Of a stretch of DNA of 64,000 bases, positions 53,730 through 64,000 are shown piece after piece. Positions within the stretch are counted from its first letter, which is position 1. Each line of letters starts with the position of its first letter. The DNA comes from Eledone cirrhosa (Eukaryota). The stretch spans positions 281,294,001 through 281,358,000 of the forward strand of contig OZ024741.1 of assembly GCA_964016885.1 (NCBI GenBank), given 5' to 3'. The translations under genes and the position numbers were made by a program. The notes under the pieces are model-generated. The model saw only the letters and a list, made by a program, of their open reading frames with translations, was not told the origin of the DNA and ran no database searches.

Positions 53730-53900
53730 ATAAAGCCATATTAGTTTCATGCTTAGAAGCAAGACAGTGAGTTATAGTGTCAACATATCGGTTGTTTGCC
53801 CTTCATCAGGAAAAACACAAAAAGAAAAGCTCAAAGAAAGTAGAAAATAAATAATAGAAAAAGTCTTAACATTTTAGACACTAGTCCTTCATCAGAAGTT
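53730..53900 (-). mobile_element. Penelope-like pLTR remnants with decayed hammerhead cores
   Basis: Minus strand ctgatgaaggactagtgtctaaaatgtt and cctgatgaagggcaaac. Confidence 0.45.
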
Positions 53901-54089
53901 AGAGTTAGAAATAAAATATAAAAAGTGAGAAAAGGAAGAAATGGAAAAAAAAAGAGAAAATGAACACATACTGGATATCTTTTGGGATCACTGGATTTTT
54001 TCTTTGCTTATATATATAACGATGACAGTATATTGACAAGATCCTAGACCTCATTCGCTTAACGAGCGGGGTGGACCTCGTCATATCGA

Positions 54090-54250
54090 ACCAAGGAAAC
54101 AATGTTTCCATTGGTCTTTCTAATTTCTAATACTATCTGTTGGTCCCAACTCCAGGCAAAAGGAGCAACATGAAATAAAGTGTCTTGTTCGAGGACATAA
54201 GGCATCACCCAGCTTGTGAATCTAATTCTCTAATCACTCAGCCACACACC
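54090..54250 (-). mobile_element. Degenerate CORE-type SINE
   Basis: Minus strand aggtgtgtggctgagtgattag...tgtcctcgaacaagacactttatttcatgttgctcc, homologous to 14832-14950. Confidence 0.65.
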
Positions 54251-54922
54251 TATATATATGTATGGTGCCCATCCGTGAGGTTACGGTGCAATGCCATGAG
54301 GACAAACCGGTTTATGCAGTCCAAAAACACTCCATGTCAGTTGTGTATCCCCAGCAAATGGTGGTGATTAAGTGCAATGGTGTTTCCATTTATGAAATAT
54401 TAAGAGTTACATTTACATAATTATTTTATTACTTAATATATATTTCAATGACATTGTTATGCAATGGTTATGTCTTTGACAGTCTCCATGTGACATCATC
54501 AGATACTCATACACTTATGAGGTGTAGTTATGCTTGTATGTAGATATGCTGCTAACAAGGTATTACCATCTCTGTAAGATGCAAACTAATATATGATTTA
54601 CTGTATCTCAATTCTTACTAATGTTTAGTGGCAGATGTATCAGCCTTTTGATTGGTGGAACTTGTAGGCTATCCCAGAATGGGTCTACTTGTGAAACCCA
54701 TGCTAGCATGGAAAAATGGATGTTAAAAAGTGATGATGAAAATGATATATATACATGTATATACTATATATATATACATCCATATATATGTATATTGATA
54801 CAGGTATGTAATATATGCAAAATTCAGCCCTCACTCATTCCTGTTGGAAGAACCACTCCTCGGTTGACCTCCAATACTTCCTATCCCTGGTCATATTGGG
54901 CCATGTGAGGCCAAGGTATATA

Positions 54923-54959
<37 letters not shown>

Positions 54960-55238
54960 GGTGTGCAGGAGAGAAGGCTGAGATGGTATGGACATGTGAT
55001 GCGCATGGAGGATGGCCGCTGGGTAAAGAAGTGCCAGGAAATCCCAGTAGAAGGAAGACGTAGTAGAGTTAGACCACGTAAAACATGGGCAGTGGTGGGG
55101 AGAGCAGACCTCAGATCGCTGAAACTCACCGAGGAGATGACAAAGGACCATGACAAGTGGAGAGATGCTGTGCTGAATAGGACCCGTCCAACTCTTGCAA
55201 GCAGGGAAAAGCGGACGTAAAATGATGATGATGATGAT
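54960..55238 (+). mobile_element. RTE family C 3' end
   Basis: [30 protein letters not shown]...TLASREKRT plus a (gat)n tail. Confidence 0.9.
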
Positions 55239-55261
55239 ATATATATGTATGTATATTATAT

Positions 55262-55474
55262 ATATAGTGGTGGAACACTGGAAGGTAATATCCGTAGTGG
55301 TAGAGCACTCAGTCCAAGGGACGAGTTAAGTAGAAGTGGTTACACAACAGTTAGTTTACCATACCAAGAACAATTGTTTCACCTTAGCGGATCCTCAGCT
55401 TGTAAGCTAAGGATCCGCTAAGGTGAAACAGTTGTTCTCGGTATGGTGAACTAACTGTTGTGAAACCACTTCTA
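55262..55474. repeat. Long fold-back (71-bp arms) with a hammerhead-like core
   Basis: Arms 55331-55401 and 55404-55474 with 5 mismatches; the minus strand of the left arm reads GCUGAGGA-UCCGCUAAGGU-GAAAC-AAUU-GUU. Confidence 0.85.
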
Positions 55475-55519
55475 TATATATATATATGTATGTACATATG
55501 CATGTAAAAATGTATGTAT

Positions 55520-56705
55520 ATATCATCATTTTTACCACATTTGCATGGGTTGGATAGGTCCTTTTCAGCACAGCATTTCTCCACTCATTGTGATCCTTCA
55601 TCTCTTGTGTGAGTCTCAGCAATTTGAGGTCAGCTCTCACCACCTCTGCCCAGGTCTTCCATGGTCTACTTCTACTCAGCCCTCTACTACTGAGATTTCT
55701 TCACTCAGCTGTCATCATCATCCATTTGCCTTATATGTCTGTACCAGTGCTATCTTCTCTCTTGCACACCACTTCCAATTCCTCTAAAACCCAGTTTCGC
55801 TCTCAGTTCATCCAGAATCTATCTATCTGTCACACTTAGATTGCACATCCAATGAAGCATATATATATATATATAGCTACCTTGTTCCTTATTACATATC
55901 TATAATTCATCATAGTTCTCCAGACCATAACGGAGGAGTTTAAACTGGCTATCCATGGGGTCTTCTCTATATGGATGATCTGGTTCCTAAAGCTGAATCC
56001 ATAAAAGAATTAGAGAATAATTTCTGACTATGGAAACAGAATTTGGAATCAAAAGGTCTGAGCATAAACTTAGCCAAAACTAAAGTGCTAGAAAGTAGGA
56101 AAGAAGATAGGATTCTGATTCCCCCAGGGAAGTGACCCTGCTTCATATGTAGGCATATGATGTGCACAATGTAAATCTTGGTTACACAAGAGATGTAGTG
56201 GGATAACAGGTAGACTAACAGGAAAGACTTTGTATCTAGAAGGTGCACTGTGGTAATCAATGGGAAGAGCATCAGTGTTATTAACATTTTCCAATCACAG
56301 GGACTGTCCACGGAAGTGGATGATAGCTTCTGCTATCTAGGTGACTTAATAAGCAGTGGAGGAGGGGCTCTGAGGGTATATATATATACATACACACACA
56401 CATACACTTAGAAATGTAGACCCTCGGTATGTCAATAGGTAGATTTACAATGTCCCTCATTCTATGTAAGCTGGGAATAGAATTTGGTTATTTTCTGTTT
56501 TAATTTAATATCATCATCATCACCATCATTTAATGTCCATCTTCCACGCTAGTCGTCCCACTTGAAGCAAGATTGGTTGTCTCGCTTGTATAGGACTGGC
56601 AGCTTTTCTATGGCTGGATGCCTTTCCTAACACCAACCACGTTTACAGTGGGAGGTTTTTACCGTGTTACCTACATGGCCACATTACAGCATGGACTGTG
56701 TGTTT
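55520..56705. mobile_element. Three older RTE fragments: 55520-55860 (-), 55880-56380 (+), 56511-56705 (-)
   Basis: ADLKLLRLTQEM...WRNAVL tail; EEFKLAIHG/LESKGLSINLAKTK/CKSWLHKRCSG; family A-like 3' UTR. Confidence 0.75.
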
Positions 56706-57069
56706 TTAAAATTCCTCTGCTTTTATTTGGCTGATGATAATGGCTTCCTTAATCCTTAATAATAGGTTAGAAATGCATAAGCCAGAATGGTTACTGTAGC
56801 AACCCTGTGCATGCGCATATGTTTTGCAAACACATAGATCAGTTAAGGAAGAAAACTGATTGCTCGTTTGTTTTATCTTGGACTGTTTCAGCTTCGTATC
56901 TGAAAAGAGGGTAATAGCCCTGAAATATCATGCTAAAATATACTGGGTAAAACATTACTTTTTGTTTTGTTTCATTTGCCCTTCATATTTTTCTACTGCA
57001 TTGTACTGGCTTTTAAAAAAGTATTGGTATTTTACTACTTACTACATATCTCCCAATGCTTCATATTAA

Positions 57070-57480
57070 CTGTGTACTGTCACCTCTCCTGTTTATTATT
57101 TTCATGAACAGCATTGATATGCACAGCTGGGTTGAAAGTGGTATCACAACTGGCAGGGGTACAATCTGTTGGCCAGAATTTGTAGATGATACAGTGTTAC
57201 TTAACTCTTCAGAAGGTGATCTCTGATATGTACTTGATAAGTTTGATGCTAAGTGCTGCATGGCTAGAATGAAAATCAGTGTTGTGAAAACAGAGACTCA
57301 TCCTCTCAAGGGAGCCTGAGCAGTGCACTCTACATGTGAATAGACTTCTACTGAAGCAGGTAGAGAGCTTCAAGTATTTCGGGGCCTTGTTCACGAGTGA
57401 TGGAAGACAGGAGGCTTAATTAAGTGCAAGAATTGCAAGAGCTGGTACAATAATGCACCAGCTTCAGCATTCAGTAATAA
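57070..57480 (+). mobile_element. Old RTE fragment of Expander/Rex3 type
   Basis: LLFIIFMNSI..FVDDTVL...LKQVESFKYFGALFTSDGRQE..SARIARAGTIMHQLQHSV. Confidence 0.7.
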
Positions 57481-57731
57481 AAAAAAATAGGACAGATGCT
57501 TATATATATACCCATGATCTCACAAATCACAACACCCTCTATATTTTTGTCAGATCGTCAGTCTGAAGAGCTGATCGATAATGGAGTCGGGTCCATAACT
57601 TCTATGGGTGACCCTGAGCAATAAAAATCTAAATACATGTAAATGAAATTTCATCATTCTTATTGATATATGCACACTGCCTGTGCATAGAGTGGTTGTC
57701 TTGGTACCACCACCAGTAATTCACTGAATCA

Positions 57732-57746
57732 TCTACACTATGTGTA

Positions 57747-57790
<44 letters not shown>

Positions 57791-58037
57791 CATATATTGT
57801 CACTTTCAGAAGATGAACCAAAATATTTACAACAGTATTTCATCAGTGATATGAAAACCCAAGCCTATCGAGATATGAAAGGAATACAGAAATTAAGTAT
57901 GAAATCATACTGCAACTAAAAGATATGTTACATAAAAGAAACAGCTATATTAGAAGTTTCAAATATATCCTAGAAAAGGTTTTGAATGAAATTTCATTAT
58001 TTTCTTGAACCCGGGCAATATCGCGTACTTTTGCTAG
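57732..58037 (+). mobile_element. Probable short non-autonomous Helitron
   Basis: A|TCTACACTAT start; decayed GC hairpin cccgggcaatatcgcg followed by tacttttgCTAG|T. Confidence 0.5.
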
Positions 58038-58154
58038 TGTGTGTATATATATATGTGTGTGTGCATATACATATATGTATATATATCACATTTTTCTTAT
58101 TCTATATATATGTATGTATATATCCACTTCTCAGCTAATTTCATTTCTAACCCA

Positions 58155-58300
58155 GAAGAGCTTGTATTTAAACTTTTGTTTAGTGTCTTGCTAATGCACA
58201 CCTCCATTCATCTCTGCTCAAGTGTCTCTACAATTTCACTTGATCTACCTTTCAGTGTGCCAACATTAAGTGTCACAGCTCTGATTTGAGTTGCATAACA
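58155..58300 (-). mobile_element. RTE APE-domain N-terminus remnant
   Basis: QIRAVTLNVGTLKGRSSEIVETLEQR*MEVCI resembles the RTE N-terminal motif TLNVGT..GR..E.VE.L..R..D.C. Confidence 0.7.
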
Positions 58301-58542
58301 AAAGTCCCCAGGTTGTTGGGTTGTCTTTTGCTAATAGCTCTCTATAGCTGAAAGGAAATGTGTGATTGCTTGATGAAATCAAAGGTTGTCAGATTTGGCT
58401 AGGTTAACCTTTGTTATTGTTGACATTAAATAATCCATCTGTATTGCTATAGTCTTCTATAGCACTATTCTGCATACACCCCACAACCATGCACATGTGC
58501 AGCTGTGTGTTTGTGAATTTATACATACATAAATATATATAT

Positions 58543-58710
58543 ATCATCATCATCATTTTATGTCCGCTTTTTCCCTGCTTGCAAGGGTGGGACGGGAACT
58601 GATTCTGGCTTGATTTCTACAGCTGGATGCCCTTCCTAACACCAACCTCATTTACATGAGTGCTGGGTGCTTTTTTGCCATGGCCCCTCCATGACCACTT
58701 TGCAGTGGAA
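58543..58710 (-). mobile_element. Second chimeric RTE B/C tail
   Basis: Same junction as 36298-36455 (gacggg|aact(g/t)attctggcttgatttctac). Confidence 0.8.
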
Positions 58711-58734
58711 TGATATGGACCCTAGTCCCTATCA

Positions 58735-58815
58735 TCTCATTTCTACAGCTGAGTAAACTGGAGCAATGTGAAATAAAGTGTCTTGCTCAAGGAAACAACA
58801 CATCACCCGGTCTGT
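58735..58815 (-). mobile_element. CORE-type SINE fragment
   Basis: Reverse complement of 14897-14973. Confidence 0.8.
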
Positions 58816-59888
58816 TGTTTCCTATATATATATATATATACATCGCTTACTAATGTTATTTCAGCGATCTCCGGCCAAATATATATATAAATATATATAA
58901 AAGATAAGCAGACATTAAATGATGACACACACACACATTCATACATATATGTTTACATTTAAAAGTTCAAGTATAGCGAACTAGGTCTGAATATCCCAAG
59001 TATAAAACTACCAGAAACTGCAGCACATTTTATGAATATTCAATGGATGATCCAAATTATTGACTAGAAACGGAGAAAGATTTTATAAAGAAATTCATCC
59101 TGAAACTAAACCATAACATCCCTACTTAAGATGTGAAAATACACATTGTGAACTCCCAGTTTCATTATCGTTTTAATAAAACTAAATTTCTATTTTGATA
59201 AATCTTAATCAGTCTTTTGAATTCAAATTATAGACACTTTATATTTTTGACCCAAGTGATAAACAGTATTTTATTATTTATGACAATTATACTGAATATA
59301 TTATCCTGTATACTACCAAAGACATTTACCAAAGTCAAAATGGAGTGTATGGGCAGGACACAGCCACCTGACCAGTCTAGCTTCAGCACGTGAAAACCCA
59401 ACTAACCCATGCAATCATGTAAATAGACGTTAAATGATGATGATAATGAAGATGGATGAAGATAATGATACACATATATGACAAGCTTCCTTAGTTTCCA
59501 TCTACCAAATTATGTAACACACTAATATCATATACAAAAAACATCACCAATTCATTAAACACTGTAGAAACATGGATAACAACTTTGGCAAATAAGAAAC
59601 AAAGCACAAAGGAGAAGTTTACTACAAGATAATATTGTTAATATCATTAATATCTTTTTATTATCACTGTTGCATCATTAAAAACTAAGTCATTAAATTT
59701 GCTTGCATTCAAATTCTTAGCAGTAGCATCTATTTCAGGTCTTAATAGTTTAAACACAGTTAAGGCCTAATTAAGTAAACCCAAGGTTCTTTTTTGTTAA
59801 TATATGAGGACATTATGAATGAGAGGTTTCAATTATTTTTATGAATTAATGGTAAAACATCAACACAAACTAAATGGTAAGACATTAA

Positions 59889-60128
59889 CCCTTTCATTAT
59901 CATATTTCTAAAATGCCTATGTGTTTCAATTGATTTCGAAAATAATCAAGAATTTGGCAGGATTTAGTAAAAAATAGCTAATCTTTTTTCCACAGTAAAT
60001 TGGTATTTGGAACATAACATAAGAAGTTATGATGGAATGTTTCAATTTAAATATGTATACTTTGAAATGGGTGGTTTGATATCATGAAACTAAAGGTGGT
60101 CTCATGCAATTTGGTATTGAAGAAGCTT
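59889..60128. mobile_element. Degenerate piggyBac-type MITE family 2 (related copy at ~63589-63790)
   Basis: TTAA|CCCTTTC start; internal aataat.aag.aat...tggtatttg.aacataa shared with the 63.6 kb copy; decayed right end. Confidence 0.5.
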
Positions 60129-61368
60129 AAATTATTAGTTACTTTGTCTTTTAGTTAAGTAAAGCAATTTCATGAAATAAAAGCTTAAAACTCAATAGTT
60201 CTTTTGTACAATAACCAATAATCAAAGAATGAGTGACTGCAGGCTCTTAAAAAAATATTTTAACAATCTATTTTATCAATACAAGGTATTTTCTTTTTAT
60301 AAAATATTTACATTTTTGTAGCTTTTATTTCTGGTTTCAGTAACAATTTATCAGTACTGTATTTTCTGTTTGTTTCACACATTTTTCCCCAGAAAGCAAA
60401 ATGTGTTGGAATTAAAATTTTTTTTTGTAATAGCAAAACAAAGAATGAAACTGAAAACACAAAAATTTTACAAAAACTTTCCTTAAGCCATCTTAAGAAT
60501 TACACCATATTTTCAAACAATCTGTGAAATGAATCTGAATATTAAGTTGATTATAAAGTAAAGAAAATTAATAGATTCTTGTGACACTTTTTTCATGATA
60601 ATTTCAAAAGTAAAAATAAATAAAAATATTAAAAAAATCTAAGACACACATCATTACCATTCAGAAAACACTTTTTTCTTTGGTTTTTGTGGTCATTATA
60701 TTAAAATACATCATAGAATATGTAACAAAGTTACTGACTTTGTTACAATAAGGCTGTAATTTTTTCAGCATATGTGTATGCATGCATGTCTGTATTTATT
60801 ATAAAGAGCAGTGTTAGTTGTGTTAATAAAGATTAATTACAGCGCCATTTTTCTTGAAGAGAAAAAAACTAAACAAAATTTATTTTTTCATTTCCTTTGA
60901 AACTTTTTACGACTGAAAAAAAAAAAAACTGAAAATAAAATTAAAAAGAAAAAAACCCTTTTATTTCATATGTTATGTTTACAAATATAATTCTTTAATC
61001 CTATAATCCATCCTATAATCATTTTATTGTTTGTTTGTTTTGGAACCAGCAATTAATACTTCTCAAAGTGTTTGCTAGAGCCAGGGTCAGTTTAAAAAGC
61101 AGCTAATTAGCAGCAACTGACCATTAGTGATACATCTGAAGTAAGGTACTCTTTGGAAGGAAGCTCTTTACATAAGTTGGGTGTAGTAATGCATGTATTG
61201 GTGAGAAATTGTCAAATTATAGATATTACCTGGACCAAGAACCCTCTGGAATCATATACCACACCAGAAACTTTTTGGAGAAAATACAACCTTTCCCTTT
61301 GAATTACCTACACTAAAGTAACCCCTCCCCCACCAAGAAAAAAAATGCTTCTTTGTTGTGGAAACTCC

Positions 61369-62024
61369 TCATGAGCGAAATGTCTTGATAACATCTTTAA
61401 TTTCCTGTCTGCATATGGGGCAGAGGGCACCGCGTTCCTGCTTCACAGCCAGTGCACATTCAAAACACATACACATGTGGCCGCAGGTGTAGAGTACAGA
61501 GTTTATTGGACGTTCATAGCATACATTACACTCATTGCTCTCATTGTCTACAATAGGACTATCATCGGAGGCCGAGCTAGTTATAGAAGCCAGGCCAGAG
61601 TCGTAAGTTGAAGGGAAGGAGAGATAGGGGTTAGCTTGTCCTCCTCTGTTTTGATTTGAAGCAGACATTGGAAGCGCCGTGAAGGTGCTCATCAAATTCT
61701 GACCTTCGACAGGTGATGTGTTGGTTGTAGTTTGGGACGTGTGGAATGATGTGGAGGATGATGATGTTGATGGTGGAGGCATGCTGAGACTGCGCAGTAC
61801 CAATGTTGACATGGCTGCAGTTGGTGACGAGGGTGACAAGATGTTGTTGTTATTGTTAGGATTGCTGTTGCTGATAGTGTTGTTGGCATGGTACTGTGTA
61901 GGCGTAGAAGGGGCAGTAGAGACACGGGGTGGCAAAGCTACTGTTAGGCCACTACTACCACTACTGTTGGCAATACAAGCAGAGGCTGGGCGTAACCTTC
62001 GAGTCTGTGAAGGGTTCGCAGATC
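61369..62024 (-). CDS. neur: Last coding exon of Neuralized E3 ubiquitin ligase (Ser/Thr/Asn-rich linker plus C3HC4 RING)
   Basis: ECNVCYERPINSVLYTCGHMCMCFECALAVKQERGALCPICRQEIKDVIKTFRS* matches the Neuralized/NEURL1 C-terminal RING; strong acceptor ttctcttgtttttcag| at 62025 (phase 1); upstream exons lie outside the window or were not detected. Confidence 0.9.
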
Positions 62025-62461
62025 CTGAAAAACAAGAGAAGAATAATAATGTAAAATATAAAGAATAACTAATAATTATGAAGTTATAATAGACTTTGAT
62101 CTTAACCAAAAGGCTGATAGATAGGCAGAATCGGCGGAGTGTCAGACGAAATACTTTGCGGCATATAGTTATGAACCTTTATGTTCAAAATCTCCCTAAT
62201 GTTAGCTTTGCTTTTTGTCCTTATGAGGTTTGGTAAAATGGTTGTCCCCTGCTCCCTCAATGAAACAAAAAATGAAGTGCTTTCTTTTAGAATTTTGTTG
62301 AGGAATAACTGATGAACAAAGCCAAAAGGATAAATTGATATATATATACACATCTGTATTCAGATTACAAAGGACCAGAATCCGCTAGGTTGAATAGTAT
62401 ACTAACTAAAAACATAAGAAGACCAGATTCCAATATCTTCCTTTATATATAAAAGAAGATA

Positions 62462-62699
62462 TTTAATCAGGGGTAACCACAATAAGTAAGGTACTCAATA
62501 CATAGCAGAGTATAAATATTTAATATAGAAATGGTTTCTACAGGACTAGAACTGTTTCGTTCAGGAGAAACCATCAGGGCTTCCTGATGATTTCTCCCGA
62601 ATGAAACAGTTCTAGTCCTGTAGAAGCCATTTCTATATTAAATATTTATACTCTGCTATGTATTGAGTACCTTACTTATTGTGGTTACCCCCGATTAAA
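62462..62699. repeat. Long fold-back (117-bp arms) with a hammerhead-like core, in the neuralized intron
   Basis: Arms 62462-62578 and 62583-62699 with few mismatches and a 4-nt loop; the right arm starts CCUGAUGA-UUUCUCCCGAAU-GAAAC-aguucua-GUC. Confidence 0.9.
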
Positions 62700-63831
62700 C
62701 CCGGGATACACACATATATATATATATGTAGAGAGAGAGAAAGAAAGAGATATTGAATCCAAATCTCTATTTACAATATTATTTTCTGAAACTTGACAGT
62801 ATTATTTAGTAGAATTATTTTATTTCAATGATTACAATTTATAAAAGTCTAGCAGGAGGAGGAGTTGACTATATAACTGAAGAAAATTTAAATATTATTG
62901 CCATAAAGAAAATCCAGCAAAAAAACGTTATATAATCTTGGAGAGGTTTTAAAATAAAGAAGTGAGATATAGTAATACAACCTTTGATAATTTGCCAGTT
63001 AACAATACACTGGTATCAAATTAAATAACTGAAAGAATTGGAAGACAAATGTGCTGCAGAGAATTTTGAGTTTGAAAAAAATCTGGAATCTTTATAACAA
63101 CAAAACAGGTTTTCTTGACTTCAAGATGAATATCTATATTTTTAGAGTTAGGTAGCACTCACATATTTCTTTTATTCTGCTGTTGCTATAAATTTCCTTC
63201 TAGTATAATATATGATGTACTGGTGCAACAACAAAATGCACCTAATGGTAGTACTAGTATTATTAAAAAAAGCACACAGTCCACCCTGTAAGATGATTGT
63301 TTAATGATAATGCTCCCAGTACATGCTGTAATTTGGTTTGCATTAGGAAAGGCATCCAGTTGTAGAAACTAAACTAAAAACGGAACATACAAGTAAGACC
63401 TGACCTGTCTAGTCACAGTAAGTGACAACACGTGAGCATGGGAAATAGTTGTTAAATGATGATGACAATGTTGATGATGATAATGAGTGCAGATTCCTAG
63501 TTGTAGTATATTTTCTGTATTATTGTTTATTAATCTAACTAGGAAAAGGCACCACTCATAATATTTTAAGTAACATACTTAATTTCTAACCCTTTCTAAT
63601 GAACTGTATTTGAATAATTAAGCAATGAGAAATTTGGAGAGATTCACAAAAGTTATGAATTATCTCATTATTAAGATGGTATTTGTAACATAAAAGTTTC
63701 TATCTCAAATTTTGTTGGAAGGTTTTAATTTTAACAGAAACTCTTTAAAATGAACTAGAGATAGCTTTGGGCAGATTGGTATCAAAGAGGTTAATAACTG
63801 CAGGCTTATAGTTAGCAAATCCTGTGATATA

Positions 63832-63930
63832 CAAGGTGTATCAAATAGAATCATCTGATTTACACACAAACACACATGTATATATATATATATATATATC
63901 TAAATCAGATGATATTCTTTGATACACATG
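63832..63930. mobile_element. Mariner-type MITE remnant with an internal microsatellite
   Basis: TA|CAAGGTGTATCAAATAGAATCATCTGATTTA ... TAAATCAGATGATATTCTTTGATACACATG|TA. Confidence 0.7.
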
Positions 63931-64000
63931 TATATCTGACATTGCAACATACAAACCTGAAACTATCAACAGACCCTGTATAACCATAGACACCTTATCC

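Noticed and set aside
61718-62109. Plus-strand 116-aa ORF, and the N-terminal 28 aa of the minus-strand 246-aa ORF
   Set aside because: The first is antisense to neuralized; the second is intron read-through upstream of the acceptor at 62025.

Overview
Eukaryotic (metazoan) genomic DNA. The repeat landscape (huge (TA)n/(TATACA)n arrays, RTE LINEs with (GAT)n tails, CORE-type and other tRNA SINEs) suggests a cephalopod such as Octopus; this is inference. The only recognisable host gene is the last coding exon of neuralized (C3HC4 RING, minus strand, 61369-62024). There is also a possible pair of terminal exons of an unidentified gene near 3.9-4.4 kb. Everything else is transposon-derived: at least four RTE lineages (three with a PHD-type finger after the RT), a near-full-length CR1-group LINE, a GC-rich CRE-clade element plus an older fragment, a degenerate Chapaev3 transposon with intact ends, piggyBac- and Tc1/mariner-type MITEs, a probable Helitron and two SINE families. 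A 200-N gap lies at 42442-42641. Most notable observations: (i) several Penelope-type minimal hammerhead ribozyme motifs and a recurring class of long fold-back palindromes carrying them; (ii) a retrovirus-like U UUU UUA -1 frameshift arrangement and a SANT+CCCH ORF1 in the CR1 element; (iii) a 36-55 kb (TA)n hotspot filled with young RTE 3' ends, including a recurrent chimeric tail. All calls were made by eye; no searches were run.
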